Shown here in pieces: positions 49,373 to 60,045 of a stretch of 64,000 nt of DNA. A program made the translations under genes and the position numbers. The notes under the pieces were generated by a model. The model saw only the letters and a program-made list of their open reading frames with translations. It did no database searches and was not told the DNA's origin. Position 1 is the first letter of the stretch. Each line of letters starts with the position of its first letter. Source of the stretch: Fistulifera solaris (taxonomy: Eukaryota); NCBI GenBank assembly GCA_030295235.1, contig AP026152.1:248001-312000 (forward strand), given 5' to 3'.

Positions 49373-50207
49373 ATGAAGCGAAGTCGATTGTTGTCGAATA
49401 GAAAGCCGTGGAGGAGTCGCTTCTTCTCGTCACACTCATCGAGTGACATCATTCAAGGTCCTTCGTGGTTGCGCACTTCGGTTTATCGTCCGTCTCCGTC
49501 CCTGGTCATTTTGCCCGGTTTACGGTCGTTGCCCTTCTGGACGCAACTCGATGACAACCACAATACACGCGTCGCGTATCAAGATCCACAAATCACGCAC
49601 GCGGTCCAATTTTTGGAACAACACGCTACGGACATTTCCAACGAATATCTACAAACCGTCAACATGCCCTCCAGTGATTATCCTCATACGACAGAACATG
49701 CTACATTACATACTGGACAATGGGATTGGCATTCCTTTGTTCAGAAGGGACAAATTCAATCCGCTTTTGCGCAACATTTTCCTATGACAGCTTCTCTACT
49801 ACTACAATTGAACCACGAAGGATTGTTGTTTACCGGAACACCGTTTGGATATGCCTTCTTTTCCACTCTGCATGCCTCGTCGAAAATTGCGGCACATACG
49901 GCACCGATGAACTTTCGTTTGCGCGTCCATTTGCCCCTCCAAGTGCCCGAACACACTAGTAGTACTACCGAACGACCGGCCTGTGGGATACGGGTCGGAC
50001 CTTTGACACGAACGTGGCACGAAGGGAAAAGCTCTCGTGTTGGATGATTCCTATGAACACGAAGTTTGGAATGAGACGTCGTCCCAACGAGTCGTATTGT
50101 TGGTGGATTTGTGGCATCCCGATGTCACGTTAGTTGAAAGAAAAGAGATTGTGGCCTTGTTTGATCATGCGCAACAACAGGGATGGTGGTCCAATCCATC
50201 CAAGTAA
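49373..50207 (+). CDS. Aspartyl/asparaginyl beta-hydroxylase-domain 2OG-Fe(II) oxygenase; frameshift near 50027-50030
   Basis: G.WDW, AFFSTL...SKIAAHTAPMNFRLRVHLPL, W.EGK, then LDDSYEHEVWN..RVVLLVDLWHPDV in the shifted frame. Confidence 0.88.
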
Positions 50208-50271
50208 AATAATGAAATAAAAGTTTTTTACAGGGCGTTATTAACTATGTAGAGGACCCTACTGAAACAGA

Positions 50272-52017
50272 TTACCACGCTTTGCAATTTCCCGCCATGA
50301 AACGAAACACCCGTCGTCGACGACACTGGTGACCCGGGCAACATCCACGATCGGACCAACACAGTTGATTGAGCCGTGTACAAGCGGGTTTGATGATCGT
50401 GCGTTCCGATGGTTGGGGTGTGGTCGAGGGACTCGACGAGGGTCGCGGGGACGGTGCCGGCGATGGGGCTTCACTCGGAGATTGCGTCGGTGATGCGCTC
50501 GGTTCATGGGACGGAACCTGGGTCGGTCCCGAAGAAGGCGGTACGGAGGGTGTCGTCGTTGGGGCTTTACTGGGAAATTGAGTTGGCGAGGAACTTGGTT
50601 CGTGGGATGGGAATGGAGAAGGTTGAAAGGTTCTAGAGGGTCCCGAGGAAGGGGCGTAGGAGGGTTTCAGTGATGGTTGCTTTGAAGGCGATGCCGATGG
50701 TCGGAGTGTAGGAAAAAGCGTCGGATGGTGAGTTGGTTCGATGGAAGGACGATGGGAAGGGAACACCGAAGGTGCCATACTGTCCGTAGGTGTTACCGAA
50801 GGTGCTACACTGCTCGTCGGAGCAGCGGATCGAACTTGCGATGGACTCGCGCTGATGTGTTCTTGCGTCAAGTACAGCATCAAATTCGGGGATCCGGTGC
50901 GTAAATTATTTAAGGTTCCTGCCACAGCGCGTGACCGCAACACCGTATAAATATCCGTAAAACCCGAGAATCCTTCTTGCATTAACATGGCGACCGCACC
51001 AGCAACGAAGGGTGCGGCCTGCGAGGTGCCTTGTTTCGTGTCCGTGGCCGTGTTGGAAGAAATTCCCGCCGATACAATTTCGACGCCGGGTGCCCAAATA
51101 TCCACACAACTTCCATAGTTGGAGAACGATGCCTTAAAGTCTAAAGCATCCACGGCTCCAACGGAAATGGCGTCGGGGCTCCGTGAATAGGTGTTACACG
51201 CATTGACGTTCCAATTTCCCGCCGCGAGAACCACGACGACGCCCGCATCGCGGGCATCGGCAATGGCCGAATCCAACGAAGAGCTCGAAGATCCTTGAAT
51301 GCTCATATTCACGACTCGTTTTCCGGATCGATTTATAACATGACTCAGACCCGTCAAAATATTGGATAGTGTACAGGCCCCATCATTGTCGCACACACGG
51401 ACACTTCGCACATTCGCTTGTTTCGCCACTCCGTACTTGGTCCCCGCACAAATGGCGGCCACATGAGTGCCGTGTCCATTCCCGTCGGCGCACGCATTGC
51501 TGGAGCTGACAACATCCCGCGAACACACCGCCCGTCCTCCAAACTCTTGGTGTTGCAGGCGAATCCCTGTATCAAAGACATAAATATCCACTCCGTTCCC
51601 CGTATAGCCGTACCCAAATTCTTGATCGAGTGGTAAATCGATTTGATCAATGCGATCCAGTCCCCAATTCGGTGGATTGTATTGATAATTTGCTGTTTGG
51701 AAAACAAAATTCTCTTCAATATATTCGACGCGATCATCGTGTAACAAGCCAATTAACGCAAAGGCCGACAATTCTGCCGCAAAGCCTTGAATGCCGTTTT
51801 GATAAAGGCGTTGAATGTGCGTTTGATCACGGTACGCGCTCGTCATTTGAACGGCATCCACCGCAGTTGCCGTTTCGTGCAATACGACAATGTATTCACC
51901 CGGTATAACGTTGGTCGATAAGGCGCGGCGCAGTTTCGGATGTGCACCGATCCAATCTTGACCGATCACCACCTTACGAAAGAGGCTGAAAACAAGAAAA
52001 TAGCACCATCGTCGCAT
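50272..52017 (-). CDS. Secreted proteinase-K-type subtilase (S8A), intronless, with Pro/Ser/Thr repeat stalk and C-terminal Cys-rich module
   Basis: Signal peptide, IPGEYIVVL, NWGLDRIDQ, VFDTGI, GHGTHVAA, AAGN, GTSQAAPFVAG, (PSxx)n repeats, CTRLNQLCWSDRGCCPGHQC. Confidence 0.93.
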   Translation of the reverse strand: MRRWCYFLVFSLFRKVVIGQDWIGAHPKLRRALSTNVIPGEYIVVLHETATAVDAVQMTSAYRDQTHIQRLYQNGIQGFAAELSAFALIGLLHDDRVEYIEENFVFQTANYQYNPPNWGLDRIDQIDLPLDQEFGYGYTGNGVDIYVFDTGIRLQHQEFGGRAVCSRDVVSSSNACADGNGHGTHVAAICAGTKYGVAKQANVRSVRVCDNDGACTLSNILTGLSHVINRSGKRVVNMSIQGSSSSSLDSAIADARDAGVVVVLAAGNWNVNACNTYSRSPDAISVGAVDALDFKASFSNYGSCVDIWAPGVEIVSAGISSNTATDTKQGTSQAAPFVAGAVAMLMQEGFSGFTDIYTVLRSRAVAGTLNNLRTGSPNLMLYLTQEHISASPSQVRSAAPTSSVAPSVTPTDSMAPSVFPSHRPSIEPTHHPTLFPTLRPSASPSKQPSLKPSYAPSSGPSRTFQPSPFPSHEPSSSPTQFPSKAPTTTPSVPPSSGPTQVPSHEPSASPTQSPSEAPSPAPSPRPSSSPSTTPQPSERTIIKPACTRLNQLCWSDRGCCPGHQCRRRRVFRFMAGNCKAW

Positions 52018-52874
52018 TCTCGGGGAATTGACAGTCTATCGAGGCATTTCTATTCGATGTGCTTGGTGGATTGAAATGAAGAAGAGGATATTATTATGAA
52101 GATGATAATTCTAATAATGCCATTTGCCGATCAATAGCGACGAAATACGACCTTTTACGACCTCCACCCCAAAACACGACAAAAGTGAGAAAAAAGTCCA
52201 CAGTCTTTTGCACTAAAAAATAGCCTTCAGTAGCAAGCTGTACTCTTGACATTTTCGAATTAAGACCAACAGCGATTCTTCATTGTATGTGTCTCTGTCT
52301 GCAATAACTCTATCTTCCAAGTGTAGATTCGAGAACCGGTATGACGAATAGTTATACAGGCCAAACATAGTAACCTTAACCCCAGTCCGTGGACGTTCCT
52401 CCAATCCTTCGACTAGAGCTAGAGCTAGGGAGATATAACCATAAAGCACAGAGTGTCTAGAGTGGCACGGACCATGAGCATATTGTTTTAGCTACAATAT
52501 TCCAGGGGGCACAACCGTCCTGGTAATTTCATTGTTTTGTCACCAACTCTTTGTCAGCATAGCTGCCTTGACGAAAGCTAGGCTTGAAGTATTTTGGAGC
52601 GATAATATGTATACTATGTTGTTTTATCCATTCAATGAATTCGTACCAGCGGCAAGTGAGTTATATTGACAGGGACTTGTCCGTATTTCATACTAGAGGG
52701 ATAAGCAAGCAGCTTGGAATCAAAAAGGACACACATCTCCATAACAGCTTTCTGAATCATAATGACGCCTTTTGTAAACCAGCAGTAACAACTCTACTAT
52801 CCACCAATTCCCATACCATGTTTTTAAAATAGGGGAGCATTTATCATATTATTGTTGGTAGTAGTAGTCAGTTT

Positions 52875-53682
52875 TTACTCGTCATCATCACCACCCGCCG
52901 CACGCGCCGCCGCACGTTTGCGAGCCAGACGACCTGGAGGACCTTGTCCGTAGGGAGAGTTGGTGGCAAAGTCAATGTGCTTTTCCGAAGCCGTTCGCAC
53001 ATTGAACGAGGGCACGTTGACCACTTGGTTGCCCACACGAATGTGACGTTGGCGGATCAAGACGCGGGCGTGGTGGATGCTCTTGGCGAGGCCCTGCTTG
53101 TAAACGGCGGTTTGGAGGCGGCGTTCCAACAATTTCTGCGTGGTTAGCTGCAAGACGGCATCGAGTTCGAGTTCATCGTCGGCCAAAAGTCCGTATCGGT
53201 TCATGCGACGCAAGAGAGCGGCACCTTCGAAAATACGTTTGTTGTCGCTGGGATCGAGAGTCAACAGAGTACGGGCGGCCTTTCGAAGTTTGGCCAAAGC
53301 GAACTGGACACGCCAGATTTCACGCTTGCAGCGCAAACCGTATTCTCCTACTAAGCGGAGTTCTGCGTCGAGACGTTCCTTTTCGAAAGGACGACGGGGC
53401 GTCTTGTACGTCTTTCGGTCTGTTGTTCGAAAACAAATAATAAAGCGTTAGAAACCGAACTAGCACACAAAATAGAGAGAATGATACGAGAGATCTCTAC
53501 ATTCGAGATTGCTGAAGAAGAAAGAGATCACAATGCACTGTGTATTCTTCCTTCCTCAACATTGCCGGCGGGCAAGAATTTCCGATCCGCAGCAAGTCTT
53601 ATAAATCCAGCGACTCCTTTCTTCTGCTTTCCCCTTACTCTATGAATAACTTACAATTGCGGTGGATGGCGTTTTTCGGCAT
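52875..53682 (-). CDS. RPS9: 40S ribosomal protein S9 (uS4); intron 53420-53654
   Basis: [68 protein letters not shown]. Confidence 0.97.
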
Positions 53683-54117
53683 GGTTCGTTGTTATTTTCT
53701 ATTGAGGTGCTAACTGCTACAGCAACAACTGAGTTTCATCAACAACACTGCGGAGCAATCGCTGCGGGGCTGAAGAATCTGTTTGGAGACGAAGTAACGC
53801 AGTAAGCGGTAAAATATCGAGGACATGAGAACGTGTCGCAGAGACTAAGTTTTACAATCAACTGTACTCTATTGAGTAACGCTGTATTGTACGGTAAAGC
53901 GGCGTGCATTCGTCGCTCGTGATGCAGTTCTCGTGACTCGCTTCATCCGAGAATGAAACTCCGCGACGATTGTTGTTTGCCTCGGACTTTTTGGTGAAAA
54001 AAATTTCGGCGTTTGGACGACCTCGCACTCCTTCGTCGCCATCACTGACAAGCTTTTCATATTATGTGCTCTTTCTTCCCATCAACACCTTAGTTGCATT
54101 ACTAACAAATAGTATGA

Positions 54118-55328
54118 ATGAATCGCCCCGCTAAAATTTCTGTTTGGAAGCGTCGCAAGAGCGGCATGAAGCCATGGTTGATTTCGTTTAGTCTGTTGAT
54201 AGTGGCTGTGGCGTTCTTGAACCTTTTGGTTTCTCTGAAAATCACGTCACCCGTCCCACCCACCGAATTAGTAGTACGCAAGAGCAACTCGACGTTACAA
54301 CAGAAAGACCCTTATCAAGTCATTTTCCCCAACGCCAATCATCCACCCTACACGGATTTTGCCCCGCATTTAAATGTGATTTGGAGTCGGGGCTGGTACA
54401 ACGCCGTTTCTCTGCCCCGCAGTGTGCCCATGAGTTATTACAATGACAAGGGACGGACGGATATGAAAACCAACAACAATATATTGGCCAAAATCTTTCA
54501 AGTGGACGATGTGTGTCGTGCCGAATATGTGTGGGTGCGGGGACGTGACCTCGGATGGTTTGCCACGACGTTGTTACCGAAATTGACCTGCCAAATCAAT
54601 TTAATAACTTCGGATGCCCCCAATGATGTTCCCATGAAACTCATGGGTGGCCAACAAGTCTTAAGTTCGGACAAAATCATTAACTGGTACGCCCAAGACA
54701 AGGCCTCGGATATTGACAAAATCAAGCCCATTCCCTTGGGAATTCCAATTCATTACGGATTCTCCGGTTCACCCAACAGTTTGGATACCATTGAGAAAAT
54801 GACCGAAATTCGACAAAATGCACCCATTTTTGAAGAGCGCAGTCGCATTATTTATTACGACAAGGGCACCATTGGCGGATCCGGTCGTCGCACCATCGAA
54901 CGAAGAGATGCTTTTAAAAAGTTGGAGAAATGCAACAATATACGAATCAATGCTCAAAAGGACACGCCCTGGATTTTTGGAAAACTCTTTCGTCGCATCA
55001 ATTCGGAGTATGTGTGACGGGTGTTGGTTGGGATACTTTTCGCATTTGGGAAATGCTATTCTTTGGAGTGATTCCGATTGTCAAGTCTTCGCCGTTGGAT
55101 TTGTTACTCATTCCAGCACATGTTCCGGTTCTCATCGTCAAGGACTGGTCCGAGATCTGCAACTTATCGGATGCGAAATACAATGAATTAATTGATAAGT
55201 ATCAAGGATGGATACGAAACGCCCACTATTGGCTGGAGCCGTCTTTATGGATACCAAGGAACCAGACTCGCATGGATGAATTATGCGAGGAGTCGCCCGG
55301 ATGTGAACCGAGGAAACTAAAGAATTGA
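54118..55328 (+). CDS. Type II membrane glycosyltransferase-like protein (exostosin/GT47-like C-terminus); frameshift near 54955
   Basis: Short basic tail plus TM; INWYAQD..PIPLGI; FGVCVTGVGWDTFRIWEMLFFGVIPIV resembles the exostosin F.LC..G.G.D..R+WE.+..G.IP+ motif. Confidence 0.65.
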
Positions 55329-55413
55329 ATACTAGGTGTTAGAGGCAACACGAGGGATATTGGAAATTTTTGCCGGTTAAATTGTAAAGGGTTGGGCCTC
55401 TGGGTCGTTTCTA

Positions 55414-57278
55414 TTATATATTGATCGACGGCGGAACAAGAAGGCTGTTGATTTCATAAACAATTCCACGGAACACCAGTCCCAATTGACGGTTCCTGTT
55501 GTCGTTGAAGAAAATTGCCGTTGCCTCGCGACGCAATCTCACGTCTTCTCCTTGCCAAGAGACTATTCTTGTCGTCGTTCCCACTGGCAGTGTTTGGAAA
55601 TTGATCAAGCGGACGAGTACGTGGTACAGAACCACTTGTTCGTTGATGTCAGCATTGCGAGGATCTCTCAAAAAGTTGAATGTATCATCCGGAATACCCA
55701 CATCCGTTGGGGCAACAAGCGATCGGTCTTGTGTCGTCTTGAAAAAGTCCTCGGCGTCAGCGGCAATGATGAGCGTCATGAACCTACTGAACGCTCCGGA
55801 CTCGTCCATGTAGGAATATAGATTCAGAACTGCCGAGGGAGGCAAGAGTACGCTGTCGACATTGTGCAACACACCATCCGTAGCTCGTCGATCGGGTCGC
55901 ACAATCAACGAGAGAACGGGCGATGACGTCACAACTCGGATCGAATCGTCTAGTTCGTTGTCGAACGATGTCGAGCCCCCGCTAACATACGTAGTTCAGT
56001 ATTACTATCCGCCAGAGTATTCAAATCACTTAGGAAGTAATCGTTGGCCACCAGATGGTACGCAACGAGATCGAATAAATGAAGCGCATAGTTCTGGTCA
56101 GAAACAAGAAGATCCAAATATTCGGGGTCAAATCCAGCGAATGCCGCATTTGTCGGGGCAAACACCGTATATATATCCGTTGCCGGAGAGAGAATGTCGT
56201 CGATTCCGGACGCAAAAATTGCCGTTTCAAAAACGGAAAGTTGGGGGTCGACTTGAATAAGCTCAAGCAGTGTTCTGGAAACGCTCGGTTGCGGGCTCGG
56301 TTGCGGACTCGGCTGTGGACTTGGTTGCGGGCTCGGCTGCGGACTCGGTTGCGGACTTGGCTGTGGACTCGGTTGTGAGCTTGGTGCAGGGACGGGGACT
56401 GGAGCCGGAACTGGAACTGGTGCGGGCACAGGAGCCGGTACGGGAGCCGGAACTGGAGCTGGTGCAGGTACAGGGGCTGGTACGGGAGCAGGTACTGGAG
56501 CTGGTGCAGGCACAGGGGCAGGTACGGGAGCCGGAACTGGAGCCGGTGCGGGTACTGGAGCAGGTACGGGTGCTGGAACTGGAGCCGGTGCAGGTACAGG
56601 AGCAGGAACTGGAGCCGGTACGGGCGCAGGAACCGGAGCCGGTGCTGGTACAGGAGCTGGAACTGGAGCCGGTCCGGGTACTGGAGCTGGCGCCGGCACA
56701 GGAGCAGGAACAGGACCCGGTGCGGGTACAGGAGCAGGAGCCGGTACGGGCACAGGAGCAGGTACGGGTGCGACAACCGGTGATGAAGGTGTCGGCACGG
56801 GCGCGACAACCGGTGATGAAGGTGTCGGCACAGGGGCTATCACGGGCGATGAAGGTGTCGGCACGGGTGCTACCACGGGAGATGAAGGCGTTGGCACAGG
56901 GGCTACCACGGGAGATGAAGGTGTTGGAACGGGAGCTACCACAGGCGATGAGGGCGTCGGCACAGGGGCAATCACGGGCGATGAAGGCGTCGGAACGGGT
57001 GCTACCACCGGCGAAGATGGCACAGGGGCAACGACCGGTGACGACGGCACAGGGGCTACTACCGGAGCCGAAGGTACCGGAACTGTTGGCTGAACAACTG
57101 GGCTTGGTGTTGGCAAGGACATGCTGCTGTCAATTTGGAGATATCTCATCCAAAAAGCGCTATCCTGGCCAAATTTTTGTTCATCGTGCTGAATCTTGGT
57201 TTGTCGCAACCGACTTTCCGCTGTGACCTGATTTCTCAGGGAGACACTCAGAAGAAGCGAAAGTGCAAGAGACCTCAT
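55414..57278 (-). CDS. Secreted fasciclin (2x FAS1) protein with long Pro-rich repeat stalk; frameshift near 55976-55980
   Basis: Signal peptide [10 protein letters not shown].., [57 protein letters not shown]. Confidence 0.88.
56284..57065. repeat. Coding tandem repeats: ~7x 33-bp ([11 protein letters not shown]), (PA/PV)n tract, ~7x 12-bp (PSPQ)
   Basis: Directly visible periodicity in DNA and in the minus-strand translation. Confidence 0.9.
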
Positions 57279-57935
57279 GGTTGTTCGATTGGTCTCTTTG
57301 TTAAAACGAAGCGTCGCATAGAAGTTGTGTCTTTTTTCTCTTTGTCTAAAAAATGAGCGAGTGGAATGGAGGTGCGCGAAGCGCGCCTGGCGGACAAAGA
57401 GTTTCTTTACATAAAAGGAATATGGCCAACGCAAAGGCGCGAACATATGTTTGCCTAAGTGAAGTGACGGGCGTCACGCTAAGCGGTACACAAAATTCTA
57501 TACAAAGACTCCATTTGACGTTTCGTTCTCTATAGAGGTATTTTCTTCCCAAACTTTTGTATTACAGTAAGGTTACTAGTACGGAGTATTATTTTTCTAA
57601 GGTTTTATTGTTTATTCTTAGTTGAATGAGAACCGCTAAGATAGTTCGCCGCCAATCACAACTGTGACTGTGCTGTACGCGTACAGTCGAGCTAAAAGTA
57701 TAAAGAACAACTGTGACTGGTGACTGACTTGTGACTGATGACTGCGATGAAGATGAAACGCAGAAAGATGTCGCTGCTTTGTTGGCGTTTCCAGAAGACT
57801 AATAATCTCAATCAAAAGCTTCCGAGAAGTGAAAACCACTCAATTGCTGTTCAACATAAAGGTTCGAAGGCAGTTGATGAGCCAGGAGTTTTAGTAAGTA
57901 AAGGGCGGGCGATTTCTTTGATCGACGACGAAATA

Positions 57936-59935
57936 ATGGACTCTCCCTCGACGATTCGGTCGTCGACATCGCGTCGAAGCTTACACCGCAAACCACCATC
58001 ACTCTCTCGCTATCAATCCAAACCCATCACCAAGCATTATGAAGTCAATAACCAGATTTTGAAAGCCTTTGACACAAATTACGAGCAGAAATACTACGAC
58101 GTGGCGTATGCCTTGGGCCTGCAATTTGTCGAAACGGCTTTGCTCGAAATACCAAACATGGTTACTTTTATAGTCAACGACACGAAAGGGATCGTATGCA
58201 GAGTGCATTGAATGCTGTTCGAGTGACACAAATATTACAAGAGCTCGAGACAAGCGTACAAATCCCTCCGGCAGCGCGATTCCGCGTCGAACGTCTAGCA
58301 CTATTGGCCCTCGAACAAGTGGAACAAGCGAGCAATGACCAAGCGTGTACGGTATTGGAGAGTGCCAAGAGCTTTGAGTTACTTCGTGCGCAGACAGAAG
58401 CGGAATTGAAGCAACAAGACCAAAAAGATTCCAGCTGGGCATGCGAGCCGTTCTTGGCGTTAGCGGAAAGTCTTTCTGGATTGGCATTGAATCCTTGTTG
58501 CGATCGACAACAACCGACTCAGCAATCAGCTTCAGCTTCGCAAGCAGCGCCGTTAAAGAAACGGCTCAGTCTCATAGAAGATGATTTCGTTCCACCCAAG
58601 TCAGTACCTCCTCCTCAAAAACCTCCTTCTCCGTCTTCCCGAATAAAATTGGTTCCAGAATCACCCGTGGCGTCAATTATACGGTTAAATTCGGATTCAC
58701 CGACCGGTTCACAGATACGCTTGATTCCAGAATCTCCTACACGACGCTTGAATTCGGAGTCACCGACGGGCTCACAAATACGCTTGAATCCTGAATCTTC
58801 GTCATCCGATTTAAGAATACGCCTGAATTCGGAGGAATCATCACCAACGACGAACACAATACGCTTGAGCTCGGTACGCGAGCAGAAGCTAAAACCACCG
58901 GGACTCGAGCGGTCGAAACAATCGGCAGCGTCGATTGAATCCACGGAATCGGATCTTGAACGAGCGCTCTTCTTGTCCGGTCTGGAGATATCGTTGCTCG
59001 ATGTCCCTCCTCCGTTGTTGCCCGAACCAGCCGTGTCCATATCTTTGATCGAACTGCAACGCACCAAATCCCAGGAATCATCCTTTGGAATGGGCAAGTC
59101 TCAATTACTTCAGTTTCAGACCCTTTGTTCTCTCTACCATGAAGACTTTGACGCATCCATTCGGGAGGGTCGCATTCGGATTACTTTTATCAACACGTAT
59201 CAAGGACGCATGGTGGCCTCCACGAACGGATGTACGATTATTGCGCCGTTGCTGTGCATGCACCATTTGATTGAGACCGATGGTCCTCTCCCTTATTCGG
59301 GTATTCCGGATTTTGACATTGAACAAGCGATTGACAAAGAAACGCCCGTTATCTTGACCGAACTGCGGCAGGAACTTGGGTTGTTGGAACATGCCTTCTT
59401 GATCCCTTCGGATGCACACCATTACTTGATTCAAAACGGACAGCTTTCGGACAAGCAGTTTCTGACCGTTCTCGGTGGCAACGTGTTGGATGATTCACAC
59501 CTCCAAGCATTTGTGGACGCGCTTCGCGATGACGAGCACAAGTACAAGAAAATGGCCGCTACTTTCTACTTTCATGAGCATGTCATCTCGATCTTGCAAG
59601 TACGCAGATCATCGACTGTAACCTGGTATGATGTGATCGACAGTTTACCATCCAAGGAGTTCTTGAAACGGCCCGAAGAAAGCATGCAGGAGCTTCACAC
59701 CCGCTATGGATTAAGCTTGTCGGAAGAAGAGTTGTTTCAAACTTCGCTCCGTCGGACGGCCCGCATACGTTGCACCAACGCCGATGCGTTAACTACTTGT
59801 CTCCGGTGGTACGCTTGCAGTAAATTTACCGACGACAACATCAAGTACATAGACCAGTATACCTGGGACGAAAAGTCGTGCGATTTTGACCCAAGGGTCT
59901 TTCAAGGCTTTGTTTGGATAGACCATCCGCAATAG
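57936..59935 (+). CDS. Uncharacterised protein: USP8/AMSH-type N-terminal (MIT-like) domain + repeat linker + putative papain-like Cys-His-Asp domain; frameshift near 58154-58156
   Basis: PITKHYEVNNQILKAF..YDVAYALGLQFVETALLEIP(K)HGYF; TYQGRMVASTNGCTIIAPLL; FYFHEHVISIL; WYDVIDSLP. Confidence 0.65.
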
Positions 59936-60045
59936 AACTGTTTTCGTATCTCTATTCCGTCAATCTACAGATCGCAAAATACCAAATAAAGCGCTAGCAT
60001 ATCTATTGAAAGAAATCTCTTGAACATTCGTAGGAAATATTGTTT

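Noticed and set aside
53420..53654. Intronic snoRNA in RPS9
   Set aside because: No convincing C box (RTGATGA) with D box and terminal stem, or H/ACA layout, on the sense strand.
56284..57065. CRISPR-like array
   Set aside because: Repeats are contiguous, codon-phased and degenerate at third positions, with no unique spacers and no cas genes in a eukaryotic context.
56270..57226. 318-aa plus-strand ORF and 259-aa alternative-frame ORF
   Set aside because: Stop-free shadows of the Pro-rich repeat tract of the fasciclin gene.
57655..57745. TGACTG/GTGACT micro-repeats here and at 21299-21345
   Set aside because: Low-complexity short motifs; cannot be distinguished from common intergenic background without genome-wide counts.
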